Below, piece by piece: positions 1 to 10,250 of a stretch of DNA of 64,000 nucleotides (the first letter of the stretch is position 1; every line of letters starts with the position of its first letter). Location of the stretch: positions 1 to 64,000 of IMG/VR virus record IMGVR_UViG_3300035180_002250, one strand, 5' to 3'. The notes below the pieces were generated by a model, which ran no database searches, had not been told where the DNA came from, and saw nothing but the letters and a program-made list of their open reading frames with translations. A program made the translations under genes and the position numbers. Origin of the DNA: a virus.

Positions 1-198
1 CTCGTCAGCAGCCTGCATAACCTCAGCAGTCTTATTCAGAATGTCGTCCATGTCATATTCATCGTCCAGATTATCAGAGACCAACTCACTAAGAGCATCG
101 AACTCTTCATCAGACGAAATTTTAATAAGACCCTCGTCCACAAGACCAGCCAGAACTCCATTTACCTCAGCCAACTTAACCATAGCAAGTTTATCCAT
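1..198 (-). CDS. Acidic putative virion protein, runs off the window edge (MDKLAMVKLAEVNG...LNKTAEV)
   Basis: Not in the ORF track; translated by hand. ATG at 198, upstream RBS AAGAGG, frame open to base 1; carries KLA/KLA/KTA motifs like its neighbours. Confidence 0.7.
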   Translation of the reverse strand, partial: MDKLAMVKLAEVNGVLAGLVDEGLIKISSDEEFDALSELVSDNLDDEYDMDDILNKTAEVMQAADE

Positions 199-391
199 TG
201 TTATTCCTCTTCCTTCTATTGATTTGATGTATTCATTAACTACTTTACAGATTCTTCCTGCTTCTCGGCAAAATACTGAAATCCACAAAAAATATACATT
301 ATTATCCTACGTATACTATTATTCTAAATTAGTCAAATAAATATACTGGCATATTATATATTGTAAGTATAATTAGTTTAAGTTAATAAAA

Positions 392-1039
392 CTATTGAAT
401 TGGACTTTCAGTCTCATTCAGCAACATCGGTTGATTCTTTTTAGCATTAATCTTATTTTTTAACATATTAAATCCCTTCTTTCCATATCGATATATATGT
501 TTAGCCAAGAGATATTTGACGTATAACGGGAATGCTTTTGACATGCCGTAACCCAGTGCATTTAATTTTGGATTTTTCATGATAGAATACATATCTGATG
601 TATTCATTACGTGGTCCGTAACAGCACCCATAAGATTAGTAATATTACCTGGATTTGGATTCGACTTAATCTTCTGGAGTAAATCTAAACTACTCTGTGC
701 CCTTTTAGTAGGTCTTTTTAATAACTGTTTTGCAATAAAATAATTAATCTTGCCCATTCGTGTATCATCGTTTTTCAGCTGATTAAGCTTGTTATCAAGA
801 GTTTTATGTGCTTCCTCAATTGGCTCAGCATTTAATGTCTTTTTATCAGCTATATTAGTAGGATACAGTTCTTTAACTGCATCAAAAAGTTTATTACCTC
901 GTATTTTATTACCAGCAACAGTTGTTACAGCTGCACCAATACCAGGGGCCACCCTCCTTAAGAGAGAAGGTTTCTTTTCTTTTTCCTTAGATTCATCTGA
1001 ATCTCCTGCAAGTACAACCATAGCGTATTTAGTTATCAT
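392..1039 (-). CDS. MITK-family paralogue 1 (putative internal virion protein)
   Basis: Starts MITKYAMVVLAG; shares TRMGKINYFIAK and KNPKLNALGYGM blocks with five adjacent ORFs; RBS GGAG. Confidence 0.8.
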   Translation of the reverse strand: MITKYAMVVLAGDSDESKEKEKKPSLLRRVAPGIGAAVTTVAGNKIRGNKLFDAVKELYPTNIADKKTLNAEPIEEAHKTLDNKLNQLKNDDTRMGKINYFIAKQLLKRPTKRAQSSLDLLQKIKSNPNPGNITNLMGAVTDHVMNTSDMYSIMKNPKLNALGYGMSKAFPLYVKYLLAKHIYRYGKKGFNMLKNKINAKKNQPMLLNETESPIQ

Positions 1040-1139
1040 TTGGATTCTCCACTTAAAAGTACCCTTTATTCAAAATTAGTAAAAAATATACTGGAACATT
1101 ATATATTGTAAATATAATTAGTTTAAATTAATAAACCTA

Positions 1140-1787
1140 TTAAGTTGGACTTTCAGTCTCATTCATCAACATTGGTTGACCCTTTTTATCCGTGATCTTC
1201 TTTTTTAAAAAACCAAATCCCTTCTTCCCATATCGATATAGATATTTAGCTAATAGATATTTGGTGTACAACGGGAATGCTTTTGACATGCCGTAACCCA
1301 ATGCGTTTAATTTTGGATTTTTCATGATAGAATACATATCTGATGTATTCAGTACGTATTTCTGAGCAGTACCCATAAAATGAGGGGCCAAATCTGGATT
1401 CGACTTAATCTTCTGTAATAAATCTAAATTACTTTGTGCACTTCCAGTAGGTCTTTTTAATAAATGTTTTGCAATTAAATAATTAATCTTGCCCATTCGT
1501 GTATCATCGTTTCTCAGTTGATTAAACGTGTCATGAAGAGTTTTATGTGCTTTCCTAATTGTATCAAACTTTACTGTCTGTTCCCCTGTATTTTTATCAG
1601 CTACACTAGGGTACAGTTCGTTATATGCATTAAAAAGTTTCGTATCTTTTATCATATTACCTGCAAGACCTGTTGAATATGCACCAATACCAGGGGCCAT
1701 CCTCCTTAAAAGAGAAGGTTTCTTTTTTTTCCCTTTATATTCATCTGAATACCCTGCAAGTACAACCATAGCTAATTTAGTTATCAT
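1140..1787 (-). CDS. MITK-family paralogue 2
   Basis: MITKLAMVVLAG; closest to paralogue 1, including a duplicated downstream intergenic segment (about 340-394 vs 1085-1140). Confidence 0.8.
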   Translation of the reverse strand: MITKLAMVVLAGYSDEYKGKKKKPSLLRRMAPGIGAYSTGLAGNMIKDTKLFNAYNELYPSVADKNTGEQTVKFDTIRKAHKTLHDTFNQLRNDDTRMGKINYLIAKHLLKRPTGSAQSNLDLLQKIKSNPDLAPHFMGTAQKYVLNTSDMYSIMKNPKLNALGYGMSKAFPLYTKYLLAKYLYRYGKKGFGFLKKKITDKKGQPMLMNETESPT

Positions 1788-1823
1788 CTTGATTCTCCAT
1801 TTAAACTAATCAAATATTAATTT

Positions 1824-2465
1824 CTACTTGACATATCCGCCTTGTAACACAGATTTATTCTTTTTCCTAGGAATCTCATTTTTATTAGAACTAAGTAGGC
1901 CCTTCCCAAAATCAAATAACATTTTAGCTAAGGTATAATTACGATACAACGGCAATACTTTAGACATACCTAAACTTAGTGCATTTAATTTTGGATTTTT
2001 CATAATGGAATACATCTCTGATGTATCCTTAAAGTGACTATTAGCAATAAGTCTAAAAAATCGAGACTTATCATTATATCTCTTCAGATTATGTAGTGCA
2101 TCTAAATTACGTTGTGCACTTCTAGCAGGATTTTTTAGTAATTGCTTCGCGATAAAATAATTAAGTTTTCCCATTCTGGTGTTATCATTTTTAAGTTTAT
2201 TATACTTATCATTAATAGTTCCAAATGCATTTCTAATTGTATCAAACTCTACTCTACGCGTACCCGTATCTTTATTAGTTATTCCCGGGTACAATTCGTT
2301 ATATGCGTCATTCATTTTCTTTGATCTTATTGTATCCCCAGTATAACTTGTTGCAACTGCACCAATAACCGGGTAAAATGCTCTAAGTATAGAAGGTTCC
2401 TTTTTTTTTCTTTTATATTCATCTGAATATCCTGCAAGTACAACCATAGCGTATTTAGTTATCAT
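1824..2465 (-). CDS. MITK-family paralogue 3
   Basis: MITKYAMVVLAG; same conserved blocks. Confidence 0.8.
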   Translation of the reverse strand: MITKYAMVVLAGYSDEYKRKKKEPSILRAFYPVIGAVATSYTGDTIRSKKMNDAYNELYPGITNKDTGTRRVEFDTIRNAFGTINDKYNKLKNDNTRMGKLNYFIAKQLLKNPARSAQRNLDALHNLKRYNDKSRFFRLIANSHFKDTSEMYSIMKNPKLNALSLGMSKVLPLYRNYTLAKMLFDFGKGLLSSNKNEIPRKKNKSVLQGGYVK

Positions 2466-2524
2466 ATTTGTGCACCATCCTCATGAAATTACGTAACTAT
2501 CATATCTACTCTGTGTGATAGCAT

Positions 2525-3184
2525 CTAAGCAGTTAACTCAGCACCTGCGCCAGCAAATTGATCCTCTTTATTGAAAATCTTTTTTTTGTTAGAACCCAGG
2601 GCACCTTTACCCAAACCGTATAGGATTTTCGCTATTTTATATGTCATATACCATGGCAATGCTTTTGACATGCCGTAACCCAATGCATTTAATTTTGGAT
2701 TTTTCATAACAGAGTACATTTCTGCTATATCATTAAAGTGTGCCTTACTAACATTAATAGAGTGATCCTTCGACTTTAACATATCATTTTTTATTGTATC
2801 CATAGTAGGTTGTACCCTTGCAGCAGGTTTTCTTAACAATTGCTTTGCAATAAAATAGTTTAGTTTTCCCATTCTGCTATTATCATTTTTAAGCTCATTA
2901 TACGTATTCGTAATAGCGCTATATGGTTTAATAACATCATCATACGTCATTGAAGGTGATTCTGGAGTTGTATTAACTAGTTTAGGGTATAGTTTATCAA
3001 ATGCGTCATCACGGTACTTTCTTCGTATTAAATGACCTGTACCCATTGTTGTAAACGCCCCAAGACCAGGTGCTATACGTCTAAATAGAGAAGGTTTATT
3101 TTCTTTTTTATCTGTATTCATGCTAGTACCAGTATCCATATCTGGGTACCCTGCAAGTACAACCATAGCGTATTTAGTTATCAT
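2525..3184 (-). CDS. MITK-family paralogue 4
   Basis: MITKYAMVVLAG; C-terminus FAGAGAELTA shared with paralogue 5. Confidence 0.8.
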   Translation of the reverse strand: MITKYAMVVLAGYPDMDTGTSMNTDKKENKPSLFRRIAPGLGAFTTMGTGHLIRRKYRDDAFDKLYPKLVNTTPESPSMTYDDVIKPYSAITNTYNELKNDNSRMGKLNYFIAKQLLRKPAARVQPTMDTIKNDMLKSKDHSINVSKAHFNDIAEMYSVMKNPKLNALGYGMSKALPWYMTYKIAKILYGLGKGALGSNKKKIFNKEDQFAGAGAELTA

Positions 3185-3241
3185 TTATTCACCATCCTCA
3201 CGAAATTACGTAACTATCATCTCTACTCTGTGTAATAGCAT

Positions 3242-3874
3242 CTAATCAGTTAACGTAGCCCCTGCGCCAGCAAATTGATTATTTTTATTGAAAATCTTTT
3301 TTTTGTTAGAACCTAGTGCACCTTTACCCAAACCATATAGGATTTTCGCTATTTTATATGTCATATACAATGGCAATGCTTGGTACATGCCGTGACCAAG
3401 TGCGTTTAATTTTGGATTTTTCAAGATAGAATATACTTCTGCTAGATCCTTTAAGTGTGAATCATTAACTTCTTGAAGAGTTTCAGAATTTTTAAAATGA
3501 TCATTCATTGAATCAACGTCCCTGTGTATCCTTGCATAAGGTTTGTTTGATAATTTATTTGCAATAAAATAGTTAAGTTTTCCCATTCGTGTGTTATCAT
3601 TTTTTAATTTATCATAACTATCATTAAGCGTTTTATATGCGTCAGTTAGTGTACCCCATGTTATTGAACGTTCACCTGGAGCTTGGTTAAATATGCCAGG
3701 GTATAGTTCTTTATATGCATCAAAATGTTTCTTTGATTTTATTAAATCACCTGCAACAGTTGTTGCAACTGCACCAGTACCCTGTGCAATCTCTTTAAGA
3801 GTAGAAAATTTCTTTTCTTTTTTGGGCTCGTCTTGGTACCCTGCAAGTACAACCATGGCTGATTTAGTTATCAT
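3242..3874 (-). CDS. MITK-family paralogue 5
   Basis: MITKSAMVVLAG; same conserved blocks. Confidence 0.8.
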   Translation of the reverse strand: MITKSAMVVLAGYQDEPKKEKKFSTLKEIAQGTGAVATTVAGDLIKSKKHFDAYKELYPGIFNQAPGERSITWGTLTDAYKTLNDSYDKLKNDNTRMGKLNYFIANKLSNKPYARIHRDVDSMNDHFKNSETLQEVNDSHLKDLAEVYSILKNPKLNALGHGMYQALPLYMTYKIAKILYGLGKGALGSNKKKIFNKNNQFAGAGATLTD

Positions 3875-3972
3875 TATAGACTCCGTTAAATTATGCAGTT
3901 TAACTTTTTTTTTAAAAAATTAATTTTACTTTATGGACATCAAACTTCAATATTTAGCACACAAGTATTCCA

Positions 3973-4572
3973 TTAGTTTGATCTTATTTTGTTATCAAAA
4001 CCAAATTTCTTCTTTCCCAAGCCATACAATATTTTAGCGATCTTGTATGTCATGTACCACGGTAATGCTTTCGTCATCCCATATCCCAATGCATTTAATT
4101 TTGGATTTTTTATAATAGAATATATCTCAGAGGAATCCTTTAGATACGACGGAGCCATAGATTTAAAATATTCAGACTTACCCGAATCCGACTTAATATT
4201 ATTATATGTATCTAAACTACTTTTTGCCCTTTTAATTGGATTTTTTAGTAATTGGTTTGCAATAAAATAATTAAGCTTCCCAATTCTTGTGTTGTCATTT
4301 TTAAGTTGCTTAAACTTATTAAAAATATTTCCATGCGATTTCATAATTGTATCAAAATTTATTGAACGTGCACCTGTATCTTTATCAACTACCCCAGGGT
4401 ACAGTTCGTTATATGCATCACGAAGTTTTTTTGATCTTATTGAAATCCCAGCAGCAGTTGTTGCAGCTGCACCAAGACCAGGTGCAATCTCTCTAAGAGT
4501 AGAAAATTTCTTTTCTTTTTTGGGCTCGTCTGGGTACCCTGCTAGTACAACCATGGCTAATTTAGTTATCAT
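3973..4572 (-). CDS. MITK-family paralogue 6
   Basis: Start moved to the ATG at 4572 (MITKLAMVVLAG) by homology to the paralogues and the GGAG RBS. Confidence 0.8.
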   Translation of the reverse strand: MITKLAMVVLAGYPDEPKKEKKFSTLREIAPGLGAAATTAAGISIRSKKLRDAYNELYPGVVDKDTGARSINFDTIMKSHGNIFNKFKQLKNDNTRIGKLNYFIANQLLKNPIKRAKSSLDTYNNIKSDSGKSEYFKSMAPSYLKDSSEIYSIIKNPKLNALGYGMTKALPWYMTYKIAKILYGLGKKKFGFDNKIRSN

Positions 4573-4608
4573 TCTGGACTCCAACCTAAATTATTTAATT
4601 TAAATTTC

Positions 4609-5040
4609 TTAGGGTAGTAATTTTATTTTATTAAAATAAAACTTTCTAATAGCATCAGCCGTGTCCTTTGCTCCTTCCCAGGATTTTCGAAAAGTACTTG
4701 TATCTCCACCAATATCCGTAAAAGTACTTTTGAGACCACGGTATCCTGGTTGGGTCCGTTTTAATGTACGATCCAGGTCGTTCAACCAGCCATTCATCTT
4801 ATACCCACCATAACCAAGCCCACCAAGTGCAGCAGCACCAAGACCCCATTTTACTGGTCTGCTCCAACCATTACGTTTTTGATCCTGGTACTGATTATCT
4901 GCAACCGGGTAATTCGATGTATATTGTGGGCCAACCGGGTAATTCGATGTATATTGTGGTCCAACCGGGTAATTCGATGTATATTGTGGTCCAGCGTAGT
5001 CCAAAGCAAGTTTTAACATTTGAAACTTATTATTAAGCAT
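4609..5040 (-). CDS. Putative virion protein with GPQYTSNYPV x3 repeat and Gly/Ala-rich hydrophobic helix
   Basis: Probable start ATG 5040 (MLNNKFQMLKLA), overlapping the upstream stop; segment WGLGAAALGGLGYGGY. Confidence 0.65.
   Translation of the reverse strand: MLNNKFQMLKLALDYAGPQYTSNYPVGPQYTSNYPVGPQYTSNYPVADNQYQDQKRNGWSRPVKWGLGAAALGGLGYGGYKMNGWLNDLDRTLKRTQPGYRGLKSTFTDIGGDTSTFRKSWEGAKDTADAIRKFYFNKIKLLP
4903..4992. repeat. 30-bp coding tandem repeat x3
   Basis: AACCGGGTAATTCGATGTATATTGTGG(G/T)CC at 4903, 4933 and 4963. Confidence 0.95.
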
Positions 5041-5608
5041 AATAGCCACCATTTGAATTAGGGGTAAAATTATCATTATTAGCATCAACACTGTTATCCT
5101 CTATTTCAGGGGATGTTGGTATGGGCCTTCGATGCAACGGGAAGAAAGTATCAGCTGCACGAACTACCTGCTTATTTAAAATATTATTTATTTTAGGTCG
5201 TACAAATAAATCCATTGGCAGGCTATATACCAAACCAGGGTTCTCACCTGTTAACTTGGAGTATAACTTATCTGTGATATTTAACTTATTATTCAAAGCA
5301 TAATCTGTTAGACCACCAGCAACGGCACCTCCCAACGACATACCACCAGTTGCATACTGCAACCCATACAGAGCCGGGTTAATAAACTTACTGGCAATAC
5401 CTAACCCCTTCAACGTCGTTTTAACTGGCTGGGTATTTGCCAACGTAGACCCAACACCTCTAACCAAGTTGTAGGAATCTTTAATCTTATTTATCTGGGG
5501 AGCATACGTTGTAAAAAGATTCTTGGCAATGTTCAACGCTGTATCATACCAACCGGCTTCTTTTACTAAGTCACCGCTAACAAATGCTGTTCCACTTCGT
5601 GTAATCAT
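5033..5608 (-). CDS. Putative virion protein (MITRSG...VKEAG)
   Basis: 191-aa ORF with the shared N-terminal motif and a Gly-rich hydrophobic segment. Confidence 0.65.
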   Translation of the reverse strand: MITRSGTAFVSGDLVKEAGWYDTALNIAKNLFTTYAPQINKIKDSYNLVRGVGSTLANTQPVKTTLKGLGIASKFINPALYGLQYATGGMSLGGAVAGGLTDYALNNKLNITDKLYSKLTGENPGLVYSLPMDLFVRPKINNILNKQVVRAADTFFPLHRRPIPTSPEIEDNSVDANNDNFTPNSNGGYYA

Positions 5609-5645
5609 AGTTTAGACCGCCTATTTTACCAATCTAATTAAAAAA

Positions 5646-7562
5646 TTAGTAAGAACCATCAGGTCCATGCTTAACTTCGTTTCCAACTGAATACGCTGTA
5701 TACGGATTGTGACTATGGATGTCCGTCTTGGCACCCTCAGATGCCCCTTCAACAAGAGTTTGTTTAAGATACCTATAGTTAAGCTTTGGTAGCCATTCTT
5801 TAGATAAGTTTACAACCCGTTGGAGAGGAACAACAACTGCAGAGATTTCCAAAGCGTTTGTACATTTTACAGAATCGACACCTAACTTTTTCAGATGGCT
5901 TACCACGTCAGGTGTGATAAAGGTACCTGCTGTAACATCATATAACTGCTCCAGCATTGTTTTACCGAGTGACTCATCGATAGGCAATGTTTGACCAGGA
6001 ACACGCTCTATAGCCTTTAGAAACTCCGGGTACGATATTGTTTCACCACGATGATACATAAAACCTGGAGGGGCCTTCTCAATCTTTACGTAGTTATGCC
6101 CTGCCCTTGCCAAAAGTTCGAAGTGTCTCCGGTCAAGATCGACTCCTGTACTCTTGTAAATGTTTCTCATTCCTTCAGCCGCAGCAGATCGCGTAAGACC
6201 TATACCCTTCAGTCTTGCGATGTCCTGAAGATTGTCCACTCCGTCAGTCAAGGGCATACCAGGGTAAACTTCAGCACCAGGCTTAATATTTTGTAATGTC
6301 TTCCTTACAGGGGGTATGTAATAATTGATATAATTTTTACCAAGCTTCTCATTTACAAAACCGTGTTCAATAAACCGACTTGGTACTGCAGTATGCCCAG
6401 ATGTCTGTATAACCAAGTTATACCCACCCTGTGGAAGTGGTTCAGTACGATACACTTTACCAAACACCTCACAATATATTTTACGATTCGGGTATTCCTT
6501 TGGCATATTTACAAACTGTCTGAACCCTGAATCACCACGTAAAGAGGTGTCCAACTTAGCCATCGATGTGGAATGCTTGGAACTGAGAATCATCTGCGTC
6601 AAAGGTTCTGCTAAATTACCTGCAGAGATGAAACCAGCATGTTCCCCAATGTTAAAAGGCTTCAACGAGGAGATACCAAGTCCCATACACTTGGCACAAA
6701 CAGTATTCCCTTTGGCCTGGCACGTCTGAGGAGATCGGACTACAATTGTTGAGACATGGTCATGTACCAACTTCTTCCGCATGTCTTCAGTGATAGGTGT
6801 ATCAGGTCCTATCCCCTGCTGCATAAAAGGTACATAGCGACCAATAATATCGTCAGAAACAGATAAGGGTACTCCATGCTTAGTTCCACAATCTTCAACG
6901 CTTACAACAGATTCAGCTACAACATTATGTATTATTTTAGATAACTCTCCAGGCGATGCTGTCTGAGTTTTACCGAGTACCACATTGTTCCTGGATTCTA
7001 CTGTCTGTAACCAATGGTGAAACGGATCCTGCCCTTCTGCATAAGAAGTTGGGAATATTTCCGGCACAATATTTCCATCCTTACCTGATACCACTACCGG
7101 AGTTGTACGAAGTTTAACCAACTGATTCTTTTTTTTACCAATGGCTCCTGACTGGTACACCATCATCGAAGCACTGTCATCCTTCTTGTTCTCAGATTCA
7201 GATTTGTCCATATCGACAATCTTGGTTTGAAGCTCACCGAGAACCTTTACCTTTCCTTCATAATCATGTACCTTGTCCAACTTTTTCGTATACTCGGATA
7301 CTAATTTATCCCGCATAGGTTTATTGGGAACTTCTATTTCCTTAATACCGAATGTAACACCCTCAAACGTTGAGAAACGATCTCCCAATGACTTTAACGC
7401 AGTTACAACATCGTCATACTTATCCGGGTAGTTTCTATAAACTTTAGTCAACACGTCTTTTAATACATTAGACGTAACCGGCGATGTAACCTCGATACCC
7501 GGGGGTAAAGCTTTGTTCACCAGGTACTGGCCGAATGTTTGTACCTTATTACTTGTGGGCAT
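5646..7562 (-). CDS. rpoC: Phage RNA polymerase beta'-like subunit, C-terminal part
   Basis: TFGQYLVN (cf. TTVGR), VEDCGT, VRSPQTC..VCAKCMG zinc site, trigger-helix-like GNLAEPLTQMILSSKH, RRHFELLAR. Confidence 0.85.
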   Translation of the reverse strand: MPTSNKVQTFGQYLVNKALPPGIEVTSPVTSNVLKDVLTKVYRNYPDKYDDVVTALKSLGDRFSTFEGVTFGIKEIEVPNKPMRDKLVSEYTKKLDKVHDYEGKVKVLGELQTKIVDMDKSESENKKDDSASMMVYQSGAIGKKKNQLVKLRTTPVVVSGKDGNIVPEIFPTSYAEGQDPFHHWLQTVESRNNVVLGKTQTASPGELSKIIHNVVAESVVSVEDCGTKHGVPLSVSDDIIGRYVPFMQQGIGPDTPITEDMRKKLVHDHVSTIVVRSPQTCQAKGNTVCAKCMGLGISSLKPFNIGEHAGFISAGNLAEPLTQMILSSKHSTSMAKLDTSLRGDSGFRQFVNMPKEYPNRKIYCEVFGKVYRTEPLPQGGYNLVIQTSGHTAVPSRFIEHGFVNEKLGKNYINYYIPPVRKTLQNIKPGAEVYPGMPLTDGVDNLQDIARLKGIGLTRSAAAEGMRNIYKSTGVDLDRRHFELLARAGHNYVKIEKAPPGFMYHRGETISYPEFLKAIERVPGQTLPIDESLGKTMLEQLYDVTAGTFITPDVVSHLKKLGVDSVKCTNALEISAVVVPLQRVVNLSKEWLPKLNYRYLKQTLVEGASEGAKTDIHSHNPYTAYSVGNEVKHGPDGSY

Positions 7563-7565
7563 CGA

Positions 7566-7781
7566 TCAATCGTCCTCACCGATTTCAGGATAACGTGCAT
7601 GGACCTTCCTGCGAACAGTAGCCTGTTCTTGTGGTGTACCATGTTTGGCAACCATGGATAATGCTGCTCGGGCGTGATTGATATCCTGGATTGGATAACG
7701 TCTGCCAGGTAGAGCAAAATCATCATCAGATAAACTATTACGTTCCTTCGCAGATAATTTTTTACCAAGTTTTGTTATCAT
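7566..7781 (-). CDS. Small protein, DUF6582-like, with MITKLG N-terminus
   Basis: LSDDDFALPGRRYPIQDINHARAAL resembles the FAxP..R.YP..D..HxRxA pattern; family name recalled, not searched. Confidence 0.6.
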   Translation of the reverse strand: MITKLGKKLSAKERNSLSDDDFALPGRRYPIQDINHARAALSMVAKHGTPQEQATVRRKVHARYPEIGEDD

Positions 7782-8002
7782 TTTCCAGTACCCTCCACAG
7801 GTGGTTGGACCTCGTCTGCGGTATTATTATCCACTACCTTCAATGCATCATAGTATCCTTCGATTGCAAATTGTTTATCCTCAATTCCAAAACTTGCTGC
7901 CAACGTCTCTATAATAAGATCATGCTTTACTCTCAATTCATTAATAGTCTTAGATAACTCAACTAACTTTTGTTTTACTGATTCTGGAATTTTGTGTATC
8001 AT
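7778..8002 (-). CDS. Hypothetical protein
   Basis: 74-aa ORF whose stop overlaps the next start (ATGA). Confidence 0.6.
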   Translation of the reverse strand: MIHKIPESVKQKLVELSKTINELRVKHDLIIETLAASFGIEDKQFAIEGYYDALKVVDNNTADEVQPPVEGTGK

Positions 8003-8017
8003 TGTTACCTACCCATT

Positions 8018-9256
8018 TTAAGAAGTTATTGTATACAAAGTCGTTACTTGTGGAGTTGATCTAAGTATCTTATTACCTGTTCCTAAGGTACCCCCCCAAT
8101 AAACATCAATTCCAAAAAATGCTCCAATGCTAGTATAAGTACTTCCAGATGGGCATATCTCTCCATAATAATATGGATTATCAGAGTATAAATAATAATT
8201 TATACCATCATCTGTTGCTACTAAATACCCATATCCTAACCCTGGATAATTAGAGTATGACATCCAATGAACATAACTAGATTCTCCATATTTATTTCCA
8301 CCAAAATACATAGGTGATTGCCCACCGAAGTATGCATCATTAGTTTGTGGATTATAATAGAAATCAACAGATCCTGTTATATCTGTCCAATTAACTAAAT
8401 CTGTTGATCTCTTTATATGCGCAATACTGAATGAATGTACAGGACTAGTTATATAAATATACATATTATTGCTACTCAGTTTATAAATCCTAGGGCTATA
8501 AAACTCAGGATCACTAAGACTCCCCACATTACCACCAACCCCATCCCACCCTGATTTATCCAATCTTCGACGAACTATGTCCCCCGTAGTACTATATACC
8601 GCATTTACATGTCCATCAAAGATAGTAAGACCAACATTACATGATGAATACCCCATAGAATATGTACATGCACTAAATGTATAGCCGTCACTGGATGTGA
8701 ATATTCCATTAGAAACTGCCACAAGATATTCCCCATTAAAATATATAGCTTCTTTAATAGGATCAGTAGCATCAATAGGAAGCCCTGTAAGTGAGTACTG
8801 TGTGAAACTAGCACCACCATCAGTACTTTTATAACATTTATTCAAATAATAACAAATTATCTCATTTTCATCTTTTTTAACTAATGTTGAAAGAGATACT
8901 GCGTGCCCCACATAGTCCACATAGGTACTAGAAGAAGCAATGGATGTTTGAGCCCCATTAGATTTAGTTATTCTATAAAAATTGAAAGTATAGTTAGTAC
9001 CCGACAACTGAGAACTTATTATAAAATAATAATTATTATTTTCTACTATATTAGCATTAACCTCTCCCCCAGCTGCACCGTTGTCATAAGAAGGAATAGT
9101 AAAGTTCACTGGTGAATAACTAAATTGTAATCCTCCAGCTACTTTCCAAGTACTGCTACCATTTACATAAGGAACTGCGGATTTCCAAGTACCATTAACA
9201 TTAACATATGGGTTACATTGTTTCCAAACACCATTAACATTTATATATGTGGGCAT
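8018..9256 (-). CDS. Putative receptor-binding/tail protein with BNR (Asp-box) beta-propeller
   Basis: N-terminal YxNVNGxWK repeats; Asp-boxes STDGGASF, SSDGYTF, STDLVNW, ATDDGINY. Confidence 0.65.
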   Translation of the reverse strand: MPTYINVNGVWKQCNPYVNVNGTWKSAVPYVNGSSTWKVAGGLQFSYSPVNFTIPSYDNGAAGGEVNANIVENNNYYFIISSQLSGTNYTFNFYRITKSNGAQTSIASSSTYVDYVGHAVSLSTLVKKDENEIICYYLNKCYKSTDGGASFTQYSLTGLPIDATDPIKEAIYFNGEYLVAVSNGIFTSSDGYTFSACTYSMGYSSCNVGLTIFDGHVNAVYSTTGDIVRRRLDKSGWDGVGGNVGSLSDPEFYSPRIYKLSSNNMYIYITSPVHSFSIAHIKRSTDLVNWTDITGSVDFYYNPQTNDAYFGGQSPMYFGGNKYGESSYVHWMSYSNYPGLGYGYLVATDDGINYYLYSDNPYYYGEICPSGSTYTSIGAFFGIDVYWGGTLGTGNKILRSTPQVTTLYTITS

Positions 9257-9292
9257 AAAGTTACCTTCTTTACCTTTAAAACCATCCTATAA

Positions 9293-9760
9293 TTATTGTG
9301 AAACTACTTCATCCGGATAAGGTGTTGGTTCAGAGAAAGGAATTACTTCGATGTGTAATATTTCATCTTTTTGGGTAGAAGTAATTAACCCCTTTTGTAC
9401 TAAATAATCAATTCCTGAAATAGTATCTGGGTCTTCTAAACTAATAAACTCAGCTAAAGCCATATTTGTATTTAAAACACGTAAAGTTGGATCAGTTGGA
9501 AGTGCATTCTCAATAGCGACTAGTGTATTTAAACCTAATCGTTTTCTAAATTCTAACTTTGATAAGGTAGCAACTCTTCTTGGTTCTGGTTCCCAATAAG
9601 GAATTACAATCCAATCGAATCCTGTCCAATTTGAATGCGGCTCTCCAATAACTTTAGTAAGTGTTGTATTAGTAGGGGCAGTTGGTGTAGATCTATTTAA
9701 TTTTTGTTCCGTTTCCCCATCATAAAATCCACGCCAATCATACTTGTAGTAAATAGTCAT
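9293..9760 (-). CDS. Putative tail-fibre assembly/chaperone protein
   Basis: YKYDWRGFY..STPTAP..WTGFDW and C-terminal LSKLEFRKRL..ISLEDPDT..G..YLV..GLI, a pattern seen in phage tail-associated small proteins; sits upstream of the fibre gene. Confidence 0.55.
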   Translation of the reverse strand: MTIYYKYDWRGFYDGETEQKLNRSTPTAPTNTTLTKVIGEPHSNWTGFDWIVIPYWEPEPRRVATLSKLEFRKRLGLNTLVAIENALPTDPTLRVLNTNMALAEFISLEDPDTISGIDYLVQKGLITSTQKDEILHIEVIPFSEPTPYPDEVVSQ

Positions 9761-10250
9761 TTTGATTCTCCTCTAAACTGTGGTTATTTCATACATAATA
9801 TTTCGTTAGCCTAGAAAATAGCATCAAATACCGCATGCAATGTACTATAATTAATTAATTTTATATTAAATATATGCACAATAATAGATTTAAAGTTTAT
9901 TACTATTGGTATAGTATTAAATAATTTTTACCCTGTGGCTACATGTGCATATTTTTTTTAAACTGGGTCCCATAGCACACAAAGTATGTGTCAAAAAATA
10001 CAATCCACATAGAAAAATATCTTATATGTTTGTTATAAGTTATTGCTAATAAGTAATTTTATAACTTATTAAATTTATTACTTTAATTTTATGTATGCTG
10101 TTTAAACGAATTTTGAGGCGATTTGGGAGGGGGTAGGTGGGAGTTAGCTGGATGACACGTTTTATGGTTAAAATTTTTATCTATTGACCTCTCGGGGGGC
10201 CTACGTTGGATTTTTATAGGAGAATTTTACCCAATCCAGGACCAACTGCC

